Virus record (IMG/VR): IMGVR_UViG_3300044796_000596
Direction: 5' to 3' (one strand)
DNA: 50,839 nucleotides
From: an uncultured virus (IMG/VR IMGVR_UViG_3300044796_000596)
Lineage: Duplodnaviria; Heunggongvirae; Uroviricota; Caudoviricetes
Position 1 is the first letter of the stretch. Each line of letters begins with the position of its first letter. Below the pieces are notes generated by a model. It worked only from the letters and a program-made list of their open reading frames with translations, was not told the DNA's origin and did not search any database. The position numbers and the translations under genes were made by a program. Of this stretch, positions 38,174 to 46,690 are shown one piece after another.

Positions 38174-39451
38174 ATGGCCGCGAAAAAGACCGCGAGAAAG
38201 AGCACGAGCAGCAAGGGCTTCCACGCCTTCGAGGCCGCTTGGAAGCGCGTCGGCCTCCCCGGCCGTCCCGTGCCGAAGGGCAAGCACGCGGCCGTCACGG
38301 CGTGGGGCTGGCACCTCGTGTATGACCCGATGAGAGCCATGCGCGTGCTCCGTCGCTTCCCGACGGTGAAGCGCGCGAGCGCCAAGGCCCAAGAGAGGAT
38401 CGCCGAGACGCTCGGGGCCGAGCAGGTGGTCGTCGAGGCGCATGAGGTCGGGACAAGGGGAGCCGCGAGGACGTCAAGCGATCCCCCTTCCCATCGTTCC
38501 GCCCGCTACATCACGGACGAGGAGCCGACGCCGTTCACGATGGCGGAGTTCCTCGACGCGAACAAGGGGGAGGGCGCACTCGATCCCGCGGACCTCGCCG
38601 CGATCCGCGCGCTCAAGCCAGGGCAGAGCGTGACGCTCAACTTCGGCGCCGGCGGGCGCTCGACGATCACGAGGGTGAAGCCTCAAGGAGGGCACGCCGA
38701 CCTCGCCCGCTACCAGGTGCTCGTCGCGAAGCCCGGCAAGCTCACGCCCGCCGAGAAGCGGACGCTCGCCCGCCTCGCGCCGAGGTTCAAGGGCCTTGAG
38801 CGGACGGATCGGCCGAAGGTCCACCTCGGCCACAACCTCGCGATCCTCACGAACGAAGAGCTCCTCCAGAAGCTCCAGAAGGAAGCCCGGAAGATCGACG
38901 AGACGACCGGCAAGGAGCGCCGTCGACACCAAAGCCACAGACTCGCCCTACGGCGCGAGATCGCCAGGCGCCCGGGGGGTCCACCCGCGCCCCAGCGCAT
39001 CGAGGAAAAGGGCGCGCGTGACAAGCGTCTCGCGGCCGAGATGGCGCAGCGCTTTCCGACGCACGGCGCGTGGTCGTTCGATTACATGTACCCTGGGCTC
39101 TTCACGTACACCCGCGACAACGCGACGCTCTTCTTCACGCCCGACTACGACGACGACGGCAAGCTCTCGTTGCAGGTGGCGGACGACGAAGGCGCCAGCA
39201 TCGAGGCGTGGGAGCTTCCGGGCTGGCCGACCGAGGCCGAGGAGACCTACCCGGTGCCGCTCACGGCCGACTACATGCACAGCTTCGCGGTCCGGTGCAT
39301 GGACCTGATCGACGCGGCGAAGCCCGGCAAGCCCGGCACGACGTGCCACCACTGCAAGAAGCCCATCGCGGGCATTCCGGTCACGCATCACTCGCCGGGC
39401 AAGCCCTCGAAGCACTACCACCCGGCGCACGCCCACCACCACAAGGCGTGA
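38174..39451 (+). CDS. Tagged protein 5 (mosaic, MAAKKT N-terminus)
   Basis: Ends CHHCKKPIAG...KHYHPAHAHHHKA. Confidence 0.75.
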   Translation: MAAKKTARKSTSSKGFHAFEAAWKRVGLPGRPVPKGKHAAVTAWGWHLVYDPMRAMRVLRRFPTVKRASAKAQERIAETLGAEQVVVEAHEVGTRGAARTSSDPPSHRSARYITDEEPTPFTMAEFLDANKGEGALDPADLAAIRALKPGQSVTLNFGAGGRSTITRVKPQGGHADLARYQVLVAKPGKLTPAEKRTLARLAPRFKGLERTDRPKVHLGHNLAILTNEELLQKLQKEARKIDETTGKERRRHQSHRLALRREIARRPGGPPAPQRIEEKGARDKRLAAEMAQRFPTHGAWSFDYMYPGLFTYTRDNATLFFTPDYDDDGKLSLQVADDEGASIEAWELPGWPTEAEETYPVPLTADYMHSFAVRCMDLIDAAKPGKPGTTCHHCKKPIAGIPVTHHSPGKPSKHYHPAHAHHHKA

Positions 39452-39462
39452 GGAGCACGACC

Positions 39463-40533
39463 ATGGCCGCGAAGAAGACGAAGACGCAGAGGGCGAGGCT
39501 GCAACGTCCCTCCCCCACCGCTCACGCGGGAGACCATCCGGGCGAAACCAAGAGGGGGCACGACGGGAAGCGCTGGCGCTCCGAGCCGGACAAGAACGGC
39601 GTCTTCCACTGGAAGCGGGTGGTAAGGACGTCGAGCACGGCTCTGCTGGACAAGCCTGTGTCGCCCGATCCAGGTGTGATGCGAGCGCGTCTTCGTCAGG
39701 CCGGCATCGTCGATACGGAGCGGTACCTACGCTTCGAGACCAGACCGCAGATCGTCAACGGCAAGTGGCAGACGCGCACGACGCTGGTTGGCCTCATGCA
39801 TGTCGATGAGCTGCGAAACGCAGTCCTTCCGGCGAAGCGCAAGGCCGCAGTCGGCCACCCGAAGCCCGGCAAGCCCGGCGTCCACAAGTGCGCCCACTGC
39901 AAGAAGCTCATCACCGGGCACCCCGTCTCTCATCACTCGGAGGGGAAGCCGAGCAAGCACTACCATCCGCATCACGCCAAGCACCACAAGGCGGGCGGCG
40001 AAAGCCACGAGGATCTCCTCCGGCTCGTCCGGAATCTCGCCACCGAGGCCGGGCGAGGTTGGAGCGACGCCGAGATTCCCGAGGATGAGGCAGACTACAT
40101 GACCCGCAGCGCGCGCGAGCACGCTCTCGACGGAGTCCGGAGTGCTGGGGAGCGCCTGTGGGGCCGGGCGATCGAGGCGATCGGGACGCGTGACTACCCG
40201 ACCGCGCGCGCCATTTTGCATGACATGCGTGTGGTCGAGCCGAACTGGTGGCTCCCGAAGGACGCGAAGGGAAAGGCCGAGAAGGCGTTCCAGGCCGTCC
40301 TTCAGTTCGAGAAGGACCACGGGATCTACGTCGAAGGATCGGGAGAAGAGGCTCGAACCAGGCTCGTGCGCGGCGGCCAGCAGTGGATGCCCTCCCCGAA
40401 CGACTTCGAGCGCCGGACGGGTCACGAGGACGAGGAGTACGGGGAAGAGAGCGACGAGCACGACAAGGAAGCGCGTGGCTACGGCCCGATGGCGGGGCGT
40501 GGCGAGTTCGAGCGCGACGAGGACGAGGGATGA
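39463..40533 (+). CDS. Tagged protein 6 (RPSP...GHDG...NG..HW motif, internal tag, C-terminal helical domain)
   Basis: GAGGAG RBS; internal CAHCKKLITG...KHYHPHHAKHH. Confidence 0.8.
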   Translation: MAAKKTKTQRARLQRPSPTAHAGDHPGETKRGHDGKRWRSEPDKNGVFHWKRVVRTSSTALLDKPVSPDPGVMRARLRQAGIVDTERYLRFETRPQIVNGKWQTRTTLVGLMHVDELRNAVLPAKRKAAVGHPKPGKPGVHKCAHCKKLITGHPVSHHSEGKPSKHYHPHHAKHHKAGGESHEDLLRLVRNLATEAGRGWSDAEIPEDEADYMTRSAREHALDGVRSAGERLWGRAIEAIGTRDYPTARAILHDMRVVEPNWWLPKDAKGKAEKAFQAVLQFEKDHGIYVEGSGEEARTRLVRGGQQWMPSPNDFERRTGHEDEEYGEESDEHDKEARGYGPMAGRGEFERDEDEG

Positions 40534-40625
40534 CGAAGACGAAGACCCAGATGGCGAGGCTCCAGCGTCCCTCGAAGCACTACCACCCGGCGCACGCCCA
40601 CCACCACGACGCCCACAAGGCGTGA
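40530..40625 (+). CDS. Mini-ORF joining the basic leader directly to the His tail (deletion derivative)
   Basis: MTKTKTQMARLQRPSKHYHPAHAHHHDAHKA; ATGA overlap. Confidence 0.45.
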   Translation: MTKTKTQMARLQRPSKHYHPAHAHHHDAHKA

Positions 40626-40636
40626 GGAGCACGATC

Positions 40637-41206
40637 ATGGCCGCGAAGAAGACGAAGAAGACGACGCAGACGAAGACGCAAAGGGCGAGGGTGCAGCGCC
40701 CCTCCCCGACCGCGCACGCCGCCGATCACAAGGGCGAGGTCAAGCGCGGCCACGACGGGAAGCGCTGGCGCTCGGAGCCAGACACGAACGGCGTCTACCA
40801 CTGGAAGCACGTGAACGCGCGCGCCGAGCTCGTGAGCGCGCGGGATGCCCACCGCAAGGCATCCGGGAAGCGCCCGCTGGCCCCGAACTCATTCCAGCCG
40901 ATTTGGGCCAACAAGGCACTGAGTGTGGGATCCCTCCAGGGCAACCTCCGTGTCATGACACGCGGGGAGAGGCAGGCCGAGGCTGCGGGCGACAGCAAGG
41001 CCGCGAACGAGTATCGCCAGAATGCGAGCACCATTCGCGCCGCGCTTGCGGCAAAAAGGGGTCGCGCGGCGGGCGAACCCGGCACGACGTGCCACCACTG
41101 CAAGAAGTCCATCGCGGGCATCCCGGTCTCGCATCACTCGCCGGGCAAGCCCTCGAAGCACTACCACCCGGCGCACGCCCACCACCACGACGCCCACGAG
41201 GCGTGA
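40637..41206 (+). CDS. Tagged protein 7 (RPSP motif)
   Basis: GAGGAG RBS; C-terminal tag. Confidence 0.8.
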   Translation: MAAKKTKKTTQTKTQRARVQRPSPTAHAADHKGEVKRGHDGKRWRSEPDTNGVYHWKHVNARAELVSARDAHRKASGKRPLAPNSFQPIWANKALSVGSLQGNLRVMTRGERQAEAAGDSKAANEYRQNASTIRAALAAKRGRAAGEPGTTCHHCKKSIAGIPVSHHSPGKPSKHYHPAHAHHHDAHEA

Positions 41207-41217
41207 GGAGCACGATC

Positions 41218-42333
41218 ATGGCCGCGAAGAAGACGCAGACGCAGACGCAGACGCAGAGGGCGAGGGACGCCGAGCGCCGAACGACGGCAGCTCGTCGTGA
41301 GCTCCGCACCGATCCGACTCTGATCTCCTACCAGGAGAAGGCCGAGAAAAAGGGCGGACGCGTCGTCGTCAATCTCTTCAGGATGGCGTACGAGGGGCAG
41401 CGTGATCGTGGCTGGAAGCCGCAGAAAGCCTTCGAGAACGCAGTCGCCTCGCTGATCGGGAGCGTGGAGCCAGATCGCCTCCCGCGCTGGGAGTTCGTCG
41501 GAGGCCCGGAGGCCGGCCAATCCGCGAAGAAGCCCGCCAAGAAGACGAATGCGCGGAAGGTGAGGCTCCAGCGCCCCTCCCCGACCGCACACGCCGCCGA
41601 TCACAAGGGCGAGGTCAAGCGCGGCCACGACGGCAAGCGCTGGCGCTCGGAGCCAGACACGAACGGCGTCTACCACTGGAAGCACGTGAAGCGCGCGGCG
41701 ACGAAGAAGCGCGCGGCGACGAAGAAGCCCGCGGCGACGAAGCCCGCGACGACGAAGAAGCCCGCGGCGACGAAGCCCGCGAAGCGCAAGGTGAAGCCCG
41801 GCAAGCGCAAGGCGGCTGCGAAGACGAAGACGAAGACGAAGGGCGCTCTCTCGAGCGGCATGCGCGCGCTCGTTCATGCGCACGCTGGCATGCATCCCGG
41901 GTCCGAGGTCCCCATCAAGGTTGTCAACGGGGACGTCGCTCCCTACTACTGGACCTCGCTGGCGGGGCCCGGCCAGCATGAGCAAAAGGCCGTGATCGTC
42001 GGGCGCGCGTGGCTCTCGGCCGCGAAGCCTGGCAATGAGACGCTGGGCGTGCTGTCCCCTCGGATCAAGCGCTGGAAGGCGTGGGCGGCGGGGATGAAGA
42101 AGCGAGCCACGAAGGCTGGCAAGTCGCTGGCGGCTGCGGATCTGACCTACGAGGCGTGGCAGGTCTGGAACGCCGAAGAGAGTGAGCGCAGGAGCGGTCG
42201 CGCGGCGGGCGAACCCGGCACGACGTGCCACCACTGCAAGAAGCCCATCACCGGGCATCCGGTCTCGCATCACTCGCCGGGCAAGCCCTCGAAGCACTAC
42301 CACCCGGCGCACGCCCACCACCACGAGGCGTGA
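41218..42333 (+). CDS. Tagged protein 8 (RPSP motif, AATKK histone-H1-like repeats)
   Basis: GAGGAG RBS; C-terminal tag. Confidence 0.8.
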   Translation: MAAKKTQTQTQTQRARDAERRTTAARRELRTDPTLISYQEKAEKKGGRVVVNLFRMAYEGQRDRGWKPQKAFENAVASLIGSVEPDRLPRWEFVGGPEAGQSAKKPAKKTNARKVRLQRPSPTAHAADHKGEVKRGHDGKRWRSEPDTNGVYHWKHVKRAATKKRAATKKPAATKPATTKKPAATKPAKRKVKPGKRKAAAKTKTKTKGALSSGMRALVHAHAGMHPGSEVPIKVVNGDVAPYYWTSLAGPGQHEQKAVIVGRAWLSAAKPGNETLGVLSPRIKRWKAWAAGMKKRATKAGKSLAAADLTYEAWQVWNAEESERRSGRAAGEPGTTCHHCKKPITGHPVSHHSPGKPSKHYHPAHAHHHEA

Positions 42334-42585
42334 GGATGAGTTTCCTCGAATCTCAAGCGGAGCGGGCGAGACCCCGCGCTCGCGGAGCGAAAGACCTCGG
42401 CGACCGCTTCATCGCCGAGATGCGCCGCACCGTACGCGCCGCGATCCTCGACAATGCCGAGCCCCAGGCGGACGGCAGCGTTCGTATCGAGTGGCGCGGC
42501 AGTGACCGTCAGCCGCGCAACAGCGCCAACGTCGCCTTCCTTCGCCAGGTACCGTTCAGCGCGGAGTACGGCCAAAGTTACGTTG
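42225..42585 (+). repeat. 361-bp direct repeat, copy 1 (copy 2 at 43193-43553)
   Basis: Identical by eye; starts at the tag's CHHC codons and runs into the next gene. Confidence 0.9.
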
Positions 42586-42605
42586 GGAGAAAGAAAAGAC
42601 GATGA
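42336..42605 (+). CDS. Hypothetical protein identical to the N-terminus of 43304-44212
   Basis: Lies within the 361-bp repeat. Confidence 0.6.
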   Translation: MSFLESQAERARPRARGAKDLGDRFIAEMRRTVRAAILDNAEPQADGSVRIEWRGSDRQPRNSANVAFLRQVPFSAEYGQSYVGRKKRR

Positions 42606-42802
42606 ACGCCTCCAACGCCTCCAACCTGCTGAACTTCCTGGCCTGCCTGACCATCATCGCGACGGCCGTCCCCTCCGCCGCTGGCGAGCCCGCCTCGGCC
42701 GAGGACATCGCCGACGCTCACGACATGGCGGCGTTCTGGTGGAGCGGCAGCGTGGGCAGCCAGACCCACCTGCCCGACGGCCGCTCGCTCACCCACCTCT
42801 GA
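42602..42802 (+). CDS. Small hypothetical protein
   Basis: ATGA overlap; followed by a GC hairpin at ~42811-42838. Confidence 0.55.
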   Translation: MNASNASNLLNFLACLTIIATAVPSAAGEPASAEDIADAHDMAAFWWSGSVGSQTHLPDGRSLTHL

Positions 42803-42872
42803 CCCGCGGTCGGGCGCCTCTCTCCGGGAGGGGCGCCCCGCCGTGCGCCAGAGCACGAGAAGCGAGACCACC

Positions 42873-43301
42873 ATGAGCAAGATCAAGATCCTTCTGTCCG
42901 CCGCGAACATGGGCCCGAACGCCACGGAGGCCGATTTCGACGCGTGGGCGTCCTACGTCGCCGCGAACATCGACGAGGCGCTGAGCATCGACGCCGACGT
43001 GGATCAGGCCGGGTTCACCGGGCGCACGTCGATCTCCGACGACGAGGTGAGCGGGGCGACCGAGGAGCAGGAGGAGGCCATCGACCGCTGGCTCGGGAAC
43101 GAGGGTTGGGATGCGTGGTGCTCCTCGGTCGCCCCCCGCGTCCGCGGCACGGCTCGCATCGACCTCGCCGCCGGCAAGCCGCAGAACCCGCTGTGCCACC
43201 ACTGCAAGAAGCCCATCACCGGGCATCCGGTCTCGCATCACTCGCCGGGCAAGCCCTCGAAGCACTACCACCCGGCGCACGCCCACCACCACGAGGCGTG
43301 A
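42873..43301 (+). CDS. Tagged protein 9 (acidic N-domain)
   Basis: C-terminal tag. Confidence 0.75.
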   Translation: MSKIKILLSAANMGPNATEADFDAWASYVAANIDEALSIDADVDQAGFTGRTSISDDEVSGATEEQEEAIDRWLGNEGWDAWCSSVAPRVRGTARIDLAAGKPQNPLCHHCKKPITGHPVSHHSPGKPSKHYHPAHAHHHEA

Positions 43302-43553
43302 GGATGAGTTTCCTCGAATCTCAAGCGGAGCGGGCGAGACCCCGCGCTCGCGGAGCGAAAGACCTCGGCGACCGCTTCATCGCCGAGATGCGCCGCACCG
43401 TACGCGCCGCGATCCTCGACAATGCCGAGCCCCAGGCGGACGGCAGCGTTCGTATCGAGTGGCGCGGCAGTGACCGTCAGCCGCGCAACAGCGCCAACGT
43501 CGCCTTCCTTCGCCAGGTACCGTTCAGCGCGGAGTACGGCCAAAGTTACGTTG
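43193..43553 (+). repeat. 361-bp direct repeat, copy 2
   Basis: Matches 42225-42585. Confidence 0.9.
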
Positions 43554-44212
43554 CCCGCACGCGCCCGAACTTCCAACACGGTAGCGAAGTCGCCCGCTTC
43601 GTCGTGCGGGCTCCGCGCGTCCGCGGCACGGCTCGCATCGACCTCGCCGCCGGCAAGCCGCAGAACCCGCTGTGCCACCACTGCAAGAAGCCCATCACCG
43701 GGCATCCGGTGAGCTTTCAGACGGAGGGTGTCCCCTCGGCGCACTACCACAAGCAGCACGCGAAGCACCATCACTCGAAGAAGCCGATCGACAACCGCGC
43801 GCTCGTGGAGACGGTGGAGGACCTCAGCAAGAAGGCGAAGTGGAGCTGGTCCGACGTCGAGATCCCCTACCACCAGCGCGTGGAGATGAGCAGGGGGGCC
43901 AGAGATCGGGCCGTCCAAGCGGCGGGGCGCACGGCAGAGCGGCTATGGGACCAGGCCATCGAGTTCGTCAAGGCTGGCGACTACGCGGCGGCTCGCGCCA
44001 TTCTCCATGACCTCAGCGTCATCGAGGACAACTGGGATCTGGATGACCGCGCGAAGGGGAAGGCATGGGACGCGTTCAACACGGTCCTGCGGTTCGAGAA
44101 GGCCCACGGCCTCACAGCCTCGGGCGAGGAGGCTCGCGCCCGTCTCCTGCGCGCAGGCCAGGCGTGGATGCCTTCCCCCCACGACTTCGAGTCGTCCGCG
44201 GACGAGGAGTAG
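43304..44212 (+). CDS. Tagged protein 10 (internal tag; C-terminal domain paralogous to that of 39463-40533)
   Basis: WSD.EIP...ERLW..AIE...ARAILHD...WMPSP.DFE shared with 39463-40533. Confidence 0.8.
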   Translation: MSFLESQAERARPRARGAKDLGDRFIAEMRRTVRAAILDNAEPQADGSVRIEWRGSDRQPRNSANVAFLRQVPFSAEYGQSYVARTRPNFQHGSEVARFVVRAPRVRGTARIDLAAGKPQNPLCHHCKKPITGHPVSFQTEGVPSAHYHKQHAKHHHSKKPIDNRALVETVEDLSKKAKWSWSDVEIPYHQRVEMSRGARDRAVQAAGRTAERLWDQAIEFVKAGDYAAARAILHDLSVIEDNWDLDDRAKGKAWDAFNTVLRFEKAHGLTASGEEARARLLRAGQAWMPSPHDFESSADEE

Positions 44213-44222
44213 AGGAGGAACC

Positions 44223-45230
44223 ATGACGACCCTCGCCCAAATGAAGCGCAACGCCGCGAAGACGTGGTACGTCATCGCGAGCGAGGACGACGTCGAACGT
44301 CTCGCGCCGTTCACCGCCGCGGGCGAGGGGCACGAGGTCCGCTTCGTCAGTGCCCTCGGCGCAGTCATCTGCGAGAACTGCGGCTCCGAACTCGACACGG
44401 GTCGAAAGAACGGCGAGGACGATCGAGAGCTCGCCGCGCGCCTGGGGACGAAGCGCCCGACGCTGGTCGAGCACGGCGGCGTCTTCGTGAAATGCGTCTC
44501 GTGCGGCCGCGAGTACGACGTCACCGAGGACGGACCGATCACGGACCAGGATCTCAGCGAGCTCGGGACGAGGGGCTTGCTGCCGAAGAAACTCCAGGCG
44601 GAGTGGACGAGCGCCGTCGAGCGCAGGAAGAAGACCATGAAGGCGAAGCCGAAGAAGACCACGCGCACCGCGGCGCAGATCGCGGCCTCGCTCACGGGCA
44701 ACGCGCAGGCGCTCAAGGAAGGCCACCTCTCCCTCGAGCAGATGCGCGATCTCGCCGCCGCCGACTGGGCGGCCGCCGATCGCTCCGAGCGTCTGAACGC
44801 CGAGGTCCACCGGATCCTCCGCGAGGACTACCACGCGAACGCCATGGGTGAGCCGCTCGCGCCCGCGGGCTCCCTCGAGCACGCCGCGCTCCACGCGACG
44901 GGCGCCGGCGCCGCGACGATCAAGGGCCGCGACGGTAAGACCTACCCCGCCGTGATCCGCATCGAGCCCTACGCCGGCATGTGGCGCGTGCAGGGCCACC
45001 CGGAACTCCCGACGTTCTCGTTCAGGGACGGCCCCGAGGCGTGGGCCTCCTACTGGGCGCCTGGCGCGGAGGTCGTGTTCGTGGAGCGCGAGAACGCGCA
45101 GGCGGCGGCGAGGGCGCCCGAGTGCGAGCACTGCGCGCTGCCGATCAAGGGCGAACCCGTGACCTTCCGCTCCGAGGGCAAGACGCCGGTTCACTACCAT
45201 CCGCACCACGCGCACCACCATCGCGTCTGA
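44223..45230 (+). CDS. Tagged protein 11 (Zn-ribbon CENC/CVSC, mosaic)
   Basis: GAGGAGG RBS; ends CEHCALPIKG...HYHPHHAHHHRV. Confidence 0.75.
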   Translation: MTTLAQMKRNAAKTWYVIASEDDVERLAPFTAAGEGHEVRFVSALGAVICENCGSELDTGRKNGEDDRELAARLGTKRPTLVEHGGVFVKCVSCGREYDVTEDGPITDQDLSELGTRGLLPKKLQAEWTSAVERRKKTMKAKPKKTTRTAAQIAASLTGNAQALKEGHLSLEQMRDLAAADWAAADRSERLNAEVHRILREDYHANAMGEPLAPAGSLEHAALHATGAGAATIKGRDGKTYPAVIRIEPYAGMWRVQGHPELPTFSFRDGPEAWASYWAPGAEVVFVERENAQAAARAPECEHCALPIKGEPVTFRSEGKTPVHYHPHHAHHHRV

Positions 45231-45399
45231 TCGCTCCAGACGATCCAGACGATCCTTGGGATCGTTCTACGGACGTTCTACGGACGTTTCAGCGCGTTCT
45301 ATGGATGCGAGCCGTGCGACCGGCGCGACGAGACGCGCGACGATTTCTCACTTCTATGTAAAATCATGTAGGATCTCGGGACAGATTCAGAAACGCGTC

Positions 45400-45954
45400 A
45401 TGTCGAAGTGGAGCCGAGCCTACAAGAACCGCCTTTCCGATCAGGCGTTTCTCTACATCGAACCGGGCGGCCGCAAGGACGCGACGGGTCGCACGGTGCC
45501 GCGTAGCCTCCGCCATCTGCCCGTCTACGACCTCCAGGGCCGGCTCTCCGCGAGCCACCTCCGCAGCGTGCTCGGGAGCTACGGACAGCGCGCCGAGATC
45601 CCCGCGCGCGCCAAGGCCGAGGCGAGGGGCATCGCGCGCGAGCTGCTCGCTGGCATCGCTGGCATCGCCGGCATCGCCGGCATCGCCGGCGCTCGCCGCT
45701 CGGGACGCGGATCGGGACAAGGCTCGCCTCGGCGACGTCAAGCGATCCCCACCCCCGCCGCTCGCGTGATCTCGATCACGCGGATCCCGAAGATCACGCC
45801 CGGCGCGCACGTCTGCCACCACTGCAAGCGGGCGATCAAGGGCCACCCGATCACGTTCTCGGGCGAGGAGCACGCGCCCCGGCACTACCATCCGGCGCAC
45901 GCGAAGCATCACGTAGCGCCGCTCTCCGTGCGCCCTCGCCGTATGGCCGCCTGA
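45400..45954 (+). CDS. Tagged protein 12 with a phage head-associated-type N-domain
   Basis: WS.AY.N.L.D.AFLYIEPGG.KD..G.T.PRSLRH.P motif, recalled from phage head-morphogenesis proteins; near-terminal tag. Confidence 0.7.
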   Translation: MSKWSRAYKNRLSDQAFLYIEPGGRKDATGRTVPRSLRHLPVYDLQGRLSASHLRSVLGSYGQRAEIPARAKAEARGIARELLAGIAGIAGIAGIAGARRSGRGSGQGSPRRRQAIPTPAARVISITRIPKITPGAHVCHHCKRAIKGHPITFSGEEHAPRHYHPAHAKHHVAPLSVRPRRMAA

Positions 45955-45968
45955 GAGGAGGAGGACCG

Positions 45969-46586
45969 ATGCCCCGAACGAAGATCAAGACGCGCTGGTG
46001 GGTCGGCAGGACCTCGGCCAAGCACCACGTGGCGTTCGCTCTCGGCGAGGCGCCCTCGAGCGCGACCCACAAGGGTCGGTACACGCACTCGTGGGGCCCG
46101 TTTCACACGAAGGGCGGCGCGGAGGAGTGGGCGCGCGTCGCGAACGAGAGCGGCGAGGTGCTCACGATCACCGAGGCCGAGCGACGCGCCAAGCTCCCGA
46201 AGGGCAAGGGCAACCCCAAGGCGCTCAAGGGCGAGATCACGACGATCTGGATCGTGGACGAGCCGAGCTCCGAAGCCTTGCTTCGCGACATCGTGTCGGA
46301 GGTCCCGCTCGCGAAGCTCGACCTCCAGATCCTCGGCGCCCCCACCTGGTGGAACAGCGGCAAGCTCCGGTTCTACCTCGACAAGGCGAGCGCCATGAAG
46401 GACGCGAAGGCGCGCCTCGCGAGGGTCCAGAGGGTCCAGAAGGGCCAGGGGAACATCCCCGCGGGTGCCCCGACGTGCGCGCACTGCGAGGAGCCGATCC
46501 ACAACCAGCGCCCCGTCACCTTCCGGGTAGAGGGCGGCACCGAGCGGCACTACCACCCGGCCCACGCGAAGCACCACAAGGGCTGA
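45969..46586 (+). CDS. Tagged protein 13
   Basis: GGAGGAGG RBS; ends CAHCEEPI...HYHPAHAKHHKG. Confidence 0.8.
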   Translation: MPRTKIKTRWWVGRTSAKHHVAFALGEAPSSATHKGRYTHSWGPFHTKGGAEEWARVANESGEVLTITEAERRAKLPKGKGNPKALKGEITTIWIVDEPSSEALLRDIVSEVPLAKLDLQILGAPTWWNSGKLRFYLDKASAMKDAKARLARVQRVQKGQGNIPAGAPTCAHCEEPIHNQRPVTFRVEGGTERHYHPAHAKHHKG

Positions 46587-46690
46587 CCCAGGGCTGACGA
46601 CAAGAACCACTGCAAATGCACAAGGGCGAAGTGCCCACCAACACGCCAGCCGAGGCGATCAACGTCATCGGCGGAGAGAGAGAACGACCG

